A stretch of DNA of 64,000 nucleotides, from positions 11,478 to 75,477 of the forward strand of contig CAMBTO010000003.1 in NCBI GenBank assembly GCA_945870865.1, read 5' to 3'. Under the pieces are notes generated by a model that saw nothing but the letters and a program-made list of their open reading frames with translations, ran no database searches and had not been told where the DNA came from. This stretch comes from Klebsiella pneumoniae (lineage in GTDB: Bacteria; Pseudomonadota; Gammaproteobacteria; Eutrophobiales; Eutrophobiaceae). Below are positions 29,224-39,651 of the stretch, in pieces (position 1 is the first letter of the stretch; each line of letters begins with the position of its first letter). A program made the position numbers and the translations under genes.

Positions 29224-30011
29224 AACAGCCTCGACTTGCGGGGAAACGGGAAGAACATGTTTGTGGTCTGCTGATAAGCCACATAGGCCTGGCCACGGCT
29301 GCGCAACGATTGTTGTTCGGTATACGGTACACCGGTGATGCGGGTGATAAACACATACATCACGACCAGACCGAGCCAGGTCAGCCACCAGTAAGCGGTG
29401 CCCACGCCGAGCAGCACATAGGCAAACCAGTGCAGCCATTCAAAGAAATAGTTCGGGTGTCGGCTGTAGTTCCACAGCCCGACGCGACAGACCTTGCCCT
29501 TGTTTGCCGGATCCTTACGGAAACGGGCGAGTTGATGGTCACTGATCAACTCGCCTGCTATCGAAACAGTCCATATCAGGATACCGATCAGGTCGAGCGC
29601 CGTAATTCCGGGGCCGGTATTTTGTGCCGCTGCCCAGAACGGCATCGCAAACAACAGGGTCCAGGTGGCCTGTACCTGGAAGAAGATGAACATGACCAGT
29701 GCGGCATATTTGCCCGAGGACTTGCGCATATGGCGGTATCGCCCGTCCTCGACCTCGTGCATGACCCGACCATACAGAAAACTGCCGAGGCGGAACCCCC
29801 ACAACACAGACAGTGCGACGATGATGTACTGACGGGCATTGTCCTCAACGGTATCAAACAGGATCAGCCCGACACCGACCAGCGGGGTCATGAATGCCCA
29901 GGCCACATCGACAATGCCCGCATTCTCGGTGCGCAACTGGATGGCCCAGAGTATTGCCATGATCACAGCGGCGATGGCCCAGACATACAACAATAGTTCA
30001 CTGATATTCAT
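29220..30011 (-). CDS. DUF1295 family membrane protein (steroid 5-alpha-reductase/ICMT-like fold)
   Basis: 263 aa, multi-TM, with the hallmark YSRHPNYFFEWLHW. Confidence 0.8.
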   Translation of the reverse strand: MNISELLLYVWAIAAVIMAILWAIQLRTENAGIVDVAWAFMTPLVGVGLILFDTVEDNARQYIIVALSVLWGFRLGSFLYGRVMHEVEDGRYRHMRKSSGKYAALVMFIFFQVQATWTLLFAMPFWAAAQNTGPGITALDLIGILIWTVSIAGELISDHQLARFRKDPANKGKVCRVGLWNYSRHPNYFFEWLHWFAYVLLGVGTAYWWLTWLGLVVMYVFITRITGVPYTEQQSLRSRGQAYVAYQQTTNMFFPFPRKSRLL

Positions 30012-30556
30012 GGTATGACTCCGGTGTAGTGCACAGGTTTGTCGTATCGGTTATACAGCATTGCCAGCCACACCAGCAGTGGCATAGCCAACATCCACAA
30101 CAGAGCTATGGCGATCAGTGGCAGGTAACCCGCCTCCAGTGTGATGGCATCCAGTTTGGTCCCGGCGAAATACGCGAGCGGTCCGGCGATACCACCGAGC
30201 AGGGCCGCCAGCAGATAACGGTTCCTTAACCAGACCAGCGAGTGGTTTAGCGTAAGTGCGAGGTTGATCCAGAGTGCCACCATCCAGACGGTTGAGGGTC
30301 CGCCCAGTTGTGCATGAGGCGGAAACGCCATCAGACCGGACAGTACCAGCAAGGAATCAGCGCCATACCCAATAAGTGCGGCCGTGATACACAGACGCAG
30401 ATCAGACAGACGCTTTTGCGGGTAATTGGTCATATGAAACAGGAGCCAGCACAGGCTGAACATTGGACCTATCCAGGTCAGACCTTGTCCGGCCGGCATT
30501 ACATTGACCAGCCAGGCCAGATCAAAGATCACCGCATTTAGTACAAAATGAATCAC
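30008..30556 (-). CDS. Membrane protein, DUF2878-like (by memory)
   Basis: 182 aa with 5-6 TM segments. Its stop overlaps the DUF1295 start by 4 nt. The family assignment is tentative. Confidence 0.55.
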   Translation of the reverse strand: MIHFVLNAVIFDLAWLVNVMPAGQGLTWIGPMFSLCWLLFHMTNYPQKRLSDLRLCITAALIGYGADSLLVLSGLMAFPPHAQLGGPSTVWMVALWINLALTLNHSLVWLRNRYLLAALLGGIAGPLAYFAGTKLDAITLEAGYLPLIAIALLWMLAMPLLVWLAMLYNRYDKPVHYTGVIP

Positions 30557-30688
30557 GGCTCAATCACAGGATAAATGGCCATTCTGACGCCCGCCAAGCT
30601 AGACCCCGCCGGGGGGGGGGAGGACAGGCGACAGGCAAACGCCAGAATGACTCAATCACTATTGTAGGCATGTTGTGTGACAGGCTGA

Positions 30689-31978
30689 TTACGTTGTGTG
30701 AGAATCTGATTGCCCAGCGACCTGCAAGGGTAAGCGGCCTGCCTTCGGTTTGTGCATCAACAGGTGCACATCACCGAGGTAACGCTCACGGAAACCGGCC
30801 TCGCAGTAACACAGGTAGTACTCCCAGATCCGCATAAACTTCTCGTCATAACCAAGTGCGGATATCCGCTCGCGATTGGCGCGGAAATTGTCCAGCCAGC
30901 AGTGCAGCGTGGTCGCGTAATCAGGGCCGATGTTTTCGATATGCTCGATACGCAGGTCGGTATGGGTGGTCGCGGCGTTTAACATCGCCGTCAGCGAGGG
31001 CACACAACTGCCTGGGAAGATAAACTGCTGGATAAAGTCAGTGCGCTTCAGATACTGCGCATAACGCTGATCCGGCATCGTGATCGCCTGGATCAGCATG
31101 TGCCCATTGTCCTTCAGCAACGAGGCGCACTTGCTGAAATAACGGGGCAGGAATTCATGCCCGACTGCCTCTATCATTTCAATCGATACCAGGCGGTCAT
31201 ACTGTCCTTCAAGGTCGCGGTAGTCGCACAGTAATAAGGTAATTCTGTCCTGTAGCCCGGCAGCTGCTATGCGCTCGCTTGCCAGTTTATACTGGTCCTT
31301 CGATATGGTGGTCGTGGTGACCTTGCATCCAAAGTGTGTCGCGGCATGTATGGCAAAGCTGCCCCAGCCGCTACCGATCTCGATCAGATGATGGCTGGCA
31401 TTAAGCTCCAGTTTGCGGCAGATAGTGTCCAGTTTCTCGATGGAGGCCTGTTCGAGTGTGGCGTCCGGCTGGCGGAAGATACCGGCCGAATAGGTCATCG
31501 TCCGATCGAGAAACAGTTCGAACATGTCATTGCCAAGATCATAATGTGCGTGAATATTTTCCTGGCTGCCCTTGCGGGTGTTGCTGCGCAGACGGTGTTT
31601 CAGCGTCTCCCAGAAATTCATCAGTCTGGCGGTGCCGGTTTCAAACGCATACAGTGACTCGATGTTACGCGTCATGATCCGCAGCAGCGTAGTCAGATCC
31701 GGGCACGACCACAAACCGTCGCGCCAGGCCGCTGCGGCACCCTTGGTGCCGGAGGTCAGTATCTGCTGGTAGAAGCGCATATCATGCACGGTCACGGTCG
31801 CATCAATGCGGTTGCCGACACCGGTAAACCACTCGCCGCGCGGGTCACGGATCATGATGGTACCGTTTGCCATATTGGCCAGTCGTTTTTTCACCGCCTC
31901 GCGTGCCAGCAGTGCCATGCTGCTGTGTCGACTGGCGGTGACGGTCGTGTTTATCTCTGCGACAGTATTATTTTTCAT
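30689..31978 (-). CDS. Cyclopropane-fatty-acyl-phospholipid synthase-like SAM-dependent methyltransferase
   Basis: The start is taken at MKNNTVAE (31978), in an ATGA overlap with the DUF1365 stop. Motifs: [14 protein letters not shown], the SAM motif [12 protein letters not shown] and a C-terminal [12 protein letters not shown]. Confidence 0.9.
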   Translation of the reverse strand: MKNNTVAEINTTVTASRHSSMALLAREAVKKRLANMANGTIMIRDPRGEWFTGVGNRIDATVTVHDMRFYQQILTSGTKGAAAAWRDGLWSCPDLTTLLRIMTRNIESLYAFETGTARLMNFWETLKHRLRSNTRKGSQENIHAHYDLGNDMFELFLDRTMTYSAGIFRQPDATLEQASIEKLDTICRKLELNASHHLIEIGSGWGSFAIHAATHFGCKVTTTTISKDQYKLASERIAAAGLQDRITLLLCDYRDLEGQYDRLVSIEMIEAVGHEFLPRYFSKCASLLKDNGHMLIQAITMPDQRYAQYLKRTDFIQQFIFPGSCVPSLTAMLNAATTHTDLRIEHIENIGPDYATTLHCWLDNFRANRERISALGYDEKFMRIWEYYLCYCEAGFRERYLGDVHLLMHKPKAGRLPLQVAGQSDSHTT

Positions 31979-32748
31979 CGCTTTACCTCGTTGTTCAGGA
32001 TTTTGGGGTGTGGGAAGAACGGTGTCTTTTTCAGCCATAGCTTCAGCGCCTGCCAGTAGATCGCGCTGATGACCTTCAGTGTCATCAGTGGATAATTAAT
32101 CAGTACCCGCGCGAGGTTCCACGCCGTGATCGGCATGGCCTCAAGATCCATCTTCGCTGTGAATACCTTGCCGTCCTGTTCAAATGTATCCATGTTGACA
32201 TGCAGCTGCCTGCCAGGTGCCGACAGGGACCATTCGTAATGCTGGTCCATTGGCATGAACGGCGAGACGTGAAACTGTTTATCAAAGCTGAAGCGATGAA
32301 GCAACCGGTTGTTACAGGAGTTGGCACAATCCAGCACATAACAATGGGTCTCGTTCCAGGGGGTGTTATGCACCTCGGCGACAATAAAGCGCAGGTCCCG
32401 AACCTGCTCATCCCAACAATAATAGAAGCTGACCGGGTTCATGCAGATACCAAAATAACGCAGATGTGTCAGCAGTCGCACAGCACCGGTGTGCTGTTTG
32501 CCGGTCCGTTCCAGGATCAATTGCCGTATGGCGGTATCGAGCGGCACGTTTGGGTCACCATAATGATCCGCACGCCTGAACCACGCCAGCGCAGGTCTGC
32601 GCGCAGACCAGAACGGCACGCCCTCAAACAATTGCTGCAGCTCAGCCAGATCCAGATACATCTGGAACAAGTTGTAATGAAAACCGTGATAACGCGGCTG
32701 TAGGCGAAAATGGCTGACGCGTCCATGATAGATCGCGCTGTATTTCAT
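31975..32748 (-). CDS. DUF1365 family protein
   Basis: 257 aa. The N-terminus is [33 protein letters not shown], the family's typical opening. It is overlap-coupled to both neighbours. Confidence 0.8.
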   Translation of the reverse strand: MKYSAIYHGRVSHFRLQPRYHGFHYNLFQMYLDLAELQQLFEGVPFWSARRPALAWFRRADHYGDPNVPLDTAIRQLILERTGKQHTGAVRLLTHLRYFGICMNPVSFYYCWDEQVRDLRFIVAEVHNTPWNETHCYVLDCANSCNNRLLHRFSFDKQFHVSPFMPMDQHYEWSLSAPGRQLHVNMDTFEQDGKVFTAKMDLEAMPITAWNLARVLINYPLMTLKVISAIYWQALKLWLKKTPFFPHPKILNNEVKR

Positions 32749-33995
32749 TTCAGTTCCACCCCGAACGCGGCGCAGACAGCCAGTGCACTTTTTACTCCGT
32801 CCTCATGAAATCCGTAACCCCAGTAGGCACCGCAGAAGGACAGGCCCTGATGGCGAATCATCTTTTTATGTTGTGCCTGTGCCTGCTGACGGCCTGGCTG
32901 AAACAGCGGATGATGGTAATTGATCTTGCGAATGATGTGCGCCGGATCAATGCTCCCGGTCTGGTTCAGTGAGACGCAATAGGTCTTGTCGGTGTCGAGT
33001 CCCTGTAGCATATTCATATTATAGGTAACGGACACATGACTTTGTTCGGTTGCGGGGATCCGGTAGTTCCAGCTGGCCCAGGCCTCGCGGCGGTCCGGCA
33101 GTACCGCGGTATCGGTATGCAGCACGGTTTCGTTGTCCTGGTAAGGGAAGAGTTGCAACAGGTCGCGTTCATCGGTTGCAGATGCATCCAGCAAGCGTAT
33201 GGCCTGGTCCGCATGGGTGGCAATGATGACCTCTTCAAACGTCTCCGACGGTCCACAGGCAAACCGGATTTCAATCGCATTGCGCAGGCGTTGCACGGAC
33301 CTAACCGCCTGTTTCAGCCGTATTCGATCACCAAAGCCGCTGGTCAGCGGTTTAATATAGGTGCGTGACCCGCCAACCACCGTCTTCCACTGCGGGCGGT
33401 TTTTTACCTGCAACATGCAATGGTTGTCGAGAAACTCCAGCACAAAACGGATCGGGAATTCGCGGAACGTGTGTGACGGTGCAGACCATAACGAGGCACC
33501 GAGCGGGATGAGGTAGTTCTCTATAAAAGGGGAGGAATACGCATATTGTTTTGCGAACTGCGTGACCGTAAGCCGGTCATCCAGTCCATCAGTGAGCAAC
33601 TTCGGCGCGTGATCATGAAAGCGCATAATATCTTTCAACATGATCCAGTGTGCCGGATTCAGGATATTGCTGCGCTGGCAGAACAGGCCGTTCAAGCCGC
33701 TGCCGTTGTATTCCAGACCGGTCAGCTCACTGTGTACGCTGAAACTCATATCGGAATTGCGCCCGGCCACGCCCAGTCGGTCAAAAAGACAGCACAGGTT
33801 TGGATAGTTTTGTTCGTTGTAGACGATGAATCCGGTATCGACATTGATCAGCCGGTTTTCCTCACTGACGGTGATGGTATTGGTGTGTCCACCGATATAG
33901 TCATTCGCCTCAAATACATGTACATCGTGTTTGCCATGTAACAAGTGCGCGGCGGTCAGGCCGGAGATGCCGGTGCCGATGATCGCGATCTTCAT
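32745..33995 (-). CDS. NAD/FAD-binding amine-oxidase/desaturase-like protein (COG2907-type)
   Basis: 416 aa. The N-terminus is [19 protein letters not shown]...[12 protein letters not shown]. The C-terminus is [12 protein letters not shown]. Confidence 0.85.
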   Translation of the reverse strand: MKIAIIGTGISGLTAAHLLHGKHDVHVFEANDYIGGHTNTITVSEENRLINVDTGFIVYNEQNYPNLCCLFDRLGVAGRNSDMSFSVHSELTGLEYNGSGLNGLFCQRSNILNPAHWIMLKDIMRFHDHAPKLLTDGLDDRLTVTQFAKQYAYSSPFIENYLIPLGASLWSAPSHTFREFPIRFVLEFLDNHCMLQVKNRPQWKTVVGGSRTYIKPLTSGFGDRIRLKQAVRSVQRLRNAIEIRFACGPSETFEEVIIATHADQAIRLLDASATDERDLLQLFPYQDNETVLHTDTAVLPDRREAWASWNYRIPATEQSHVSVTYNMNMLQGLDTDKTYCVSLNQTGSIDPAHIIRKINYHHPLFQPGRQQAQAQHKKMIRHQGLSFCGAYWGYGFHEDGVKSALAVCAAFGVELK

Positions 33996-34942
33996 GCGGA
34001 CTTCGCCCTGGCTTCCTGCATGACAGACACCGGAACCGGTCGCATGTCACTCACCAGTCCGAGCATCGCCATCAGGCGCAGTATCAGGTAACTGATATCG
34101 ATCTCCCACCAGAAGAATCCCTGCCGGGTGGATGCAGGGTAACGATGGTGGTTGTTGTGCCAGCCTTCGCCAAGCGTCAATAGCGCCAGCAGCGCGTTGT
34201 TGCGACTGTGATCAGCGGTGTTGTAACGTCTGCTGCCAAAGCGATGTGCGAGTGAGTTTATCGTGTAGGTAACGTGGTAGAGCAAGATGGTCGAGATGAA
34301 AAATCCCCAGACCAGCATCTGTGCGCCGTTGGTTTCAAGTGCAGGATACAGATTGTCCACTAACATACCACCGTAATAACAGGCTATGGCCAGCAGCAGG
34401 AATGGTAACCAGTGTAGCGCCTCGACCAATCGCAACTCCGGATACCGCAACAGATCATTGACCTTGTCACTACGCGCCGCAAAATGGCCTTTTTTCAGGA
34501 ACCATAACATATGGCTCTCCAGCATACCCTTGTTCGGACTGTGAGGATCATCCGACTGGTCGGAATTGAGGTGATGATGACGGTGATGGCTGGCCCACCA
34601 TACCGGCCCGCGCTGCCCGGCAGTACACCCGGCCACCGCAAACAAGAACTGCATGCGACGTGATACCTTGTAGATGCGGTGCGAGAAATAGCGGTGATAA
34701 AACGCAGTGATGAAAAGCATGCGTAGCAGATACAGGGCAACACAGACAACTACGGCGACCAGGCTGGTCCCGGTATAGAGAACGCCGGCGATACCCAGAT
34801 GTAAGGCCAGAAACAGACCCAGCCGCAACGGTTCGATCTGGTTGCTTTCCTCTGCAGGCAGGTTCGCATACAGCGACCTGTCATTCAGCAGCCAACGTTT
34901 GAGCCGGCCAACCGGGGAGATACTTTCTGCATGTACAGACAT
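33992..34942 (-). CDS. Membrane acyl-CoA/acyl-lipid delta9-type fatty acid desaturase
   Basis: The start is taken at MSVHAES (34942), because the longer ORF overlaps the kinase gene. Three His boxes are present: HRYFSHR, HHRHHH and HNNHH. Confidence 0.9.
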   Translation of the reverse strand: MSVHAESISPVGRLKRWLLNDRSLYANLPAEESNQIEPLRLGLFLALHLGIAGVLYTGTSLVAVVVCVALYLLRMLFITAFYHRYFSHRIYKVSRRMQFLFAVAGCTAGQRGPVWWASHHRHHHLNSDQSDDPHSPNKGMLESHMLWFLKKGHFAARSDKVNDLLRYPELRLVEALHWLPFLLLAIACYYGGMLVDNLYPALETNGAQMLVWGFFISTILLYHVTYTINSLAHRFGSRRYNTADHSRNNALLALLTLGEGWHNNHHRYPASTRQGFFWWEIDISYLILRLMAMLGLVSDMRPVPVSVMQEARAKSA

Positions 34943-35048
34943 TCGTGCAATCTGCTCGTTATTTATTATTCGAATTGTGAGAGAGTGACCGTGAACGGTG
35001 TGTGCAGCAGGTGTGAAAGTTAGGTGAAATCCAGGGCGGAGTTGGTAA

Positions 35049-36338
35049 TTACCCCACGGTGCCCATCGGGAAGGAAATCGTGACCCGGGTGCCACGGTCG
35101 AGTTCGCTCTCAATCTGTATCGGCCAGTGAAACCGGTCTGACAACATCTTGACGATGGTCAGTCCGACCCCATAGCCGCCGCGCTGCTTGTGTTGGCCGC
35201 GTTGAAACGGACGGAACAGTGTGCCCATCTGCGTTTCGGGGATGCCGATGCCGCTGTCCTCGATGACCAGATCGGTGCCGTTGATAGTGATGCTGATCTC
35301 GCCCTCGTCGGTATAGGAAAAGGCGTTGCGGATGATGTTGCCGATCATGACTGACAACACTTTGTCTGAGGCGACCACGTTCAGATGGTTATGGGCCACG
35401 TAGCTGATTTTTATCTGCTTGTCCTGTAACAGGCTATCTGCACGGTCAATTTCCTCACTGACGATATCGTTGACACTGACGTGAACGGCCGAGAGCATCT
35501 TTTCCGATTCGCGTGCCAGTAGTAGCAGCGTCTCTATCAGTTCTTCCATGTCCTGTGCATTGCGGCGGATACGCTCGGTCTGTTTGCGACTGCGCTCATT
35601 CAGAGTGGTGTCATTCAGCAGCATTTCCGAGGCCAATTTTATAACCGTTATCGGGCTGCGCAGTTCATGACTGGCATCGCGGGTGAAATTACGTTCGCGT
35701 TCAATAAACAGGACGATACGGTCGGACAGGCCGGACAGGGCATCAGACAGTAACTTCACTTCGCGATTGGTGTTTTTCACCAGCGACTGTTTAAGTGTGT
35801 CGGCAAACTCCTCGCTGCCAGGATCCAGGCTTTCCACCTCGCGGGCAAGCTTGATGATGGGTGATACCGCGCGTGATGAAAATCGGTAGGCGATCCAGCT
35901 CGACAGGTAGATGACAAACAGGACGACCAGCAGCGGTAACATGCCGAACAACAGCGCCAGATTGCCGACCTGTTTGTTGTCGAATTCCAGATACAGGCGC
36001 TTGCCATTATGTTCGGTGACATAGGTGGTTGTCAGAGTGTCTTGCTGGTTTTGTAACTTGTGGAAGCCGTTGGAGAGACCGTTCAGATAGTCCGGCAGTG
36101 GGTCACCCGGTTGCAGGTGCCCGGTCAGATTATAGGTATTGGCGCGACTAACATTAGGCTCTTGATCATACAATTGCCAGAAATGGTTGGCCTCTTCCTG
36201 CAGGGCGCGGCGGATGAGGATGTCACTGACCACAAACCGTGCGGCATAGATACTCGAAATGGCGACCAGACTGATCAGCCCGGCCTGAATCAGAAACGCC
36301 TGCCACAGCTGCTGACTAATCCCCGAGCGGTTCTTCAT
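35049..36338 (-). CDS. Sensor histidine kinase (2 TM, HAMP, HisKA, HATPase_c)
   Basis: 429 aa. It has the H-box ASHELRSPIT, the N-box IIRNAFSYT, G1 DSGIGI and G2 GGYGVGLTIV. Confidence 0.9.
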   Translation of the reverse strand: MKNRSGISQQLWQAFLIQAGLISLVAISSIYAARFVVSDILIRRALQEEANHFWQLYDQEPNVSRANTYNLTGHLQPGDPLPDYLNGLSNGFHKLQNQQDTLTTTYVTEHNGKRLYLEFDNKQVGNLALLFGMLPLLVVLFVIYLSSWIAYRFSSRAVSPIIKLAREVESLDPGSEEFADTLKQSLVKNTNREVKLLSDALSGLSDRIVLFIERERNFTRDASHELRSPITVIKLASEMLLNDTTLNERSRKQTERIRRNAQDMEELIETLLLLARESEKMLSAVHVSVNDIVSEEIDRADSLLQDKQIKISYVAHNHLNVVASDKVLSVMIGNIIRNAFSYTDEGEISITINGTDLVIEDSGIGIPETQMGTLFRPFQRGQHKQRGGYGVGLTIVKMLSDRFHWPIQIESELDRGTRVTISFPMGTVG

Positions 36339-37032
36339 CGGATCGTGACAGGCTGTAGCCGGAATTCTGGATTGTGTGCAGCAGTTGCAGTCTGAACGGT
36401 TTGTCGATCGACTTGCGCAGGCTGTACATATGACTACGGAGTGTATCGCTGTCCGGGAGGATATCGCCCCAGATTTGTCTTTCGATCAGTCGGCGGCTGA
36501 CCACGCGCGGCGAGGCCTGCATCAGGACTTTCAGGATCTGCATGCCGATCGGTGTCAATTTCAGTTTCTGGTTGCCACGGGTCACCGTCATCGTGCCGGT
36601 GTCAAATTGCAGATCCTCCACCCGTAATACTTCCGGACTGACCAGGCCCTGTTGACGGCGTATCAGCGATCGTATGCGTGCAGCGAGTTCGCGTATATTA
36701 AATGGCTTGACCAGATAATCGTCCGCACCGGTGTCGAGACCCGCTATCTTGTTTTGCAATGTGTCACGTGCAGTCACGATCAGAACCGGCGTTGTACGTC
36801 GGGCCTCATTCCGCAACTTGCCGAGCACCTCGATGCCATCCATGCCGGGCAGGGACAGGTCGAGAATAATTACATCATAATCGTTGGTGACGGCCAGATG
36901 CAGGCCGGTCACGCCGTCAGCGGCATAGTCCATCACATAACCATCGGACTCCAGATATTCACAGACCATGTCGGCGATATCGTGGTGGTCCTCAATAAGC
37001 AACAAATTATGTTTTTTATCGGCAGTTGTCAT
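36316..37032 (-). CDS. OmpR/PhoB-family response regulator
   Basis: 238 aa. The receiver domain has DVIILDLSLPGMDG and LIVTARD. A winged-helix output domain follows (LKLTPIGMQILKVLM, GYSL). Confidence 0.92.
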   Translation of the reverse strand: MTTADKKHNLLLIEDHHDIADMVCEYLESDGYVMDYAADGVTGLHLAVTNDYDVIILDLSLPGMDGIEVLGKLRNEARRTTPVLIVTARDTLQNKIAGLDTGADDYLVKPFNIRELAARIRSLIRRQQGLVSPEVLRVEDLQFDTGTMTVTRGNQKLKLTPIGMQILKVLMQASPRVVSRRLIERQIWGDILPDSDTLRSHMYSLRKSIDKPFRLQLLHTIQNSGYSLSRSDEEPLGD

Positions 37033-37161
37033 CTTTATTATTGTAGTACGTTGGCTTTAAATATTTTCATTATCGTGCCTTATATGTGAAATTTTCGTGA
37101 ACGTGAGTACCGCGGGAATAAATAGACATTATCGTCAGTAACAACTGCTATTATAAATTAT

Positions 37162-38463
37162 ATGAATATATTCTGGTTTCGACGTGACCTGCGGCTGGAT
37201 GACAACGCCACCTTGTACCAAGCCTTGCAGGCCGGTTCGGTATTGCCGGTCTTTATTTTTGACAGTGATATCCTTGATCTGCTGGAAGACCGGGACGATC
37301 GACGCGTCAGTTTTATCCATCAGCAACTTACACTGATCAAGTCGCAACTTGAACAGGCTGGCAGTACGCTGCTGGTTATGCATGGCCGCCCGCTGGACGT
37401 GTTCGCAAAGCTACTCGCCCTGCATCGTATTGAAACTGTGTATGCCGGCAATGATTATGAACCGTATGCGCGTGAGCGTGACCGGGAGGTAGCTGGGCTG
37501 TTGCAAGCGCACGGTGCACAACTGGTGCTGGTGAAGGACCATGTCATCTTTGAGCAGGATGAAATACTGAAGTCCGACCATACGCCGTATCTCGTCTACA
37601 CCCCTTACATGCGTGCGTGGAAGCGCAGGTATCAACAGGAAACCCCCGCCGCGTATGCCACGCAGGATCTGCTGGACGGTTTACTGGCGGAGGTACCCGC
37701 CGTGATGCCTACACTCGAACAAATTGGTTTTCAGCGAGTGGACAATCCGGTACCGGATCCCCTGCTGGACCCGCAGTTGATCCGCATCTATCACCTGCAT
37801 CGCGATTTCCCGGCACTGGATGCAACCAGTCTGATCGGGCCGCACCTGCGTTTTGGTACGCTCAGCATCCGCCGTCTGGTTGAGATGGCGGAGGATCTGA
37901 ACCCGGTCTGGATGAACCAGCTGATCTGGCGCGAGTTTTTTATACAGATATTATTTCATTTTCCGCACAGTGCGACGGGCTCGTTCCGTCGCGATTATGA
38001 CCGTATACCCTGGTGTAATAACGTTGTTGAATTTGAGCGTTGGTGTGCAGGGCGCACCGGGTTTCCGATCGTCGATGCGGGAATGCGCCAGTTGAACGAG
38101 ACCGGTTATATGCACAACCGGGTCAGGATGATCACGGCCAACTTTCTGACCAAACTGTTATTGATAGACTGGCGCTGGGGCGAACAGTATTTCGCGAGGA
38201 AGCTGCTCGATTACGAGATGGCGAATAATGTGGGTGGCTGGCAATGGTCGAGTGGTTCCGGCTGTGATGCTGCACCGTATTTCCGCATCTTCAATCCGGA
38301 CACCCAGATCGAGAAGTTTGACCCGGAGCTGAAGTATATCCGGCGCTGGATCCCTGAATTTGAAACGGCGGACTACCCGATGCCGATGCTGGATTATCGA
38401 CAGGCACGCGAACGCGCCATGTCGGTATACAAGTCTGCGCTGAAAGCCGCCGCCGCGTTATAG
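37162..38463 (+). CDS. phr: Deoxyribodipyrimidine photolyase / cryptochrome-family flavoprotein
   Basis: 433 aa. The N-terminus is IFWFRRDLRLDDN. The FAD-binding C-terminus has TGFPIVDAGMRQL..TGYMHNRVRM and GGWQWSSGSGCDAAPYFRIFNP. Confidence 0.93.
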   Translation: MNIFWFRRDLRLDDNATLYQALQAGSVLPVFIFDSDILDLLEDRDDRRVSFIHQQLTLIKSQLEQAGSTLLVMHGRPLDVFAKLLALHRIETVYAGNDYEPYARERDREVAGLLQAHGAQLVLVKDHVIFEQDEILKSDHTPYLVYTPYMRAWKRRYQQETPAAYATQDLLDGLLAEVPAVMPTLEQIGFQRVDNPVPDPLLDPQLIRIYHLHRDFPALDATSLIGPHLRFGTLSIRRLVEMAEDLNPVWMNQLIWREFFIQILFHFPHSATGSFRRDYDRIPWCNNVVEFERWCAGRTGFPIVDAGMRQLNETGYMHNRVRMITANFLTKLLLIDWRWGEQYFARKLLDYEMANNVGGWQWSSGSGCDAAPYFRIFNPDTQIEKFDPELKYIRRWIPEFETADYPMPMLDYRQARERAMSVYKSALKAAAAL

Positions 38464-38744
38464 TGGGTGTCAGGGTATCGCTGCGGTTCGGGTGTGGGTA
38501 CTCCGGAATCCGGGCACAAAAAAACCCGTTCAGCCTCGTAATATACTAGTCGCTCGAACAGGTCACTCTCTTTAGCAGATTTTATTCAGCGCCCGCAATC
38601 TGAGATCAAATCAGCGCTTTGTGGTACATTATAGGCCTCACAGAATTGAATACAAGCAGATTCCAGCGCATGGAAAAAAGTCAGTGAAATGATATAGTTG
38701 GAGCGCGGGAATATCGCGATTGGTCTGTTTTAAGACGGGAACAA

Positions 38745-39599
38745 GTGATGAACTGGAACGACTGGATTGCAGCAAATGAGGTATCGATACGCACCGGATT
38801 TTTTCTCAGCGTGTTTACCTTGATGGCGGTTTGGGAACTGCTCGCACCTAGACGAAAGGCGATGCTCGGTCGTCAGCAGCGCTGGTCAGCAAACATCGGA
38901 CTGGTTATCCTGAACAGTATCGTTCTGCGTCTGTTGTTCCCGGCAGCGGCTGTGGGTGTGGCCGTATATGCTACACAACAGGGCTGGGGCCTGATGCATT
39001 TATTATCCGTGCCCTTGCTGCCTGCTGTTGTCATCAGTGTGGTCCTGCTCGATCTGATTATTTATTTGCAACATGTGATGGTACATAAGGTGCCGGTGTT
39101 ATGGCGCCTTCACCGTGTCCATCATGCGGACCTCGATTATGATGTGACCACCGGTGCACGTTTCCACACGCTGGAGATCGTGCTGTCGATGCTGATCAAG
39201 TTTGCTGCCATTCTTCTGTTCGGCGTCCCTGTCGTTGCCGTCGTGATATTCGAGGTCGTCCTCAATGCAACCGCGATGTTTAATCACAGCAATATCCGCC
39301 TGCCGGAACCCATCGACCGGGTGTTACGTTACCTGCTGGTCACACCGGACATGCATCGCGTCCACCATTCCATAGAATATGATGAAACTAACAGTAATTT
39401 CGGATTTAATCTGCCGTTGTGGGACCGACTGTTTGGCACCTACCGTGCACAGCCTCGGGCAGGGCATACCGACATGATCATCGGGCTCAGTAACTTCCGG
39501 GACCCGCACCAGGTCAACCACTTGACGGGCATGCTGGTGATGCCGTTTGTTGCCCAGGTCAGAGATGATTCCAATAACCTACATTCCCCCCGAAGATGA
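38745..39599 (+). CDS. Sterol desaturase / fatty acid hydroxylase superfamily membrane protein
   Basis: 284 aa, multi-TM, with His boxes (YLQHVMVH, HRVHHAD, HRVHHS). Confidence 0.85.
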   Translation: MMNWNDWIAANEVSIRTGFFLSVFTLMAVWELLAPRRKAMLGRQQRWSANIGLVILNSIVLRLLFPAAAVGVAVYATQQGWGLMHLLSVPLLPAVVISVVLLDLIIYLQHVMVHKVPVLWRLHRVHHADLDYDVTTGARFHTLEIVLSMLIKFAAILLFGVPVVAVVIFEVVLNATAMFNHSNIRLPEPIDRVLRYLLVTPDMHRVHHSIEYDETNSNFGFNLPLWDRLFGTYRAQPRAGHTDMIIGLSNFRDPHQVNHLTGMLVMPFVAQVRDDSNNLHSPRR

Positions 39600-39651
39600 G
39601 AATATGGCAGAAACCTGATAAGTTGGAGGCTATAAACTTAATAACACTAAC

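Noticed and set aside
33992-35113. N-terminal extensions of listed ORFs: the desaturase to 35113, the DUF1475-like gene to 29439, the RidA gene to 20679, the CFA-synthase-like gene to 32038, cstA to 21876, ygiQ to 46169 and mgtE to 7612.
   Set aside because: The extensions overlap neighbouring genes or lack similarity to the family N-termini. Internal starts give the classic 1-4 nt start/stop overlaps or have better Shine-Dalgarno spacing.
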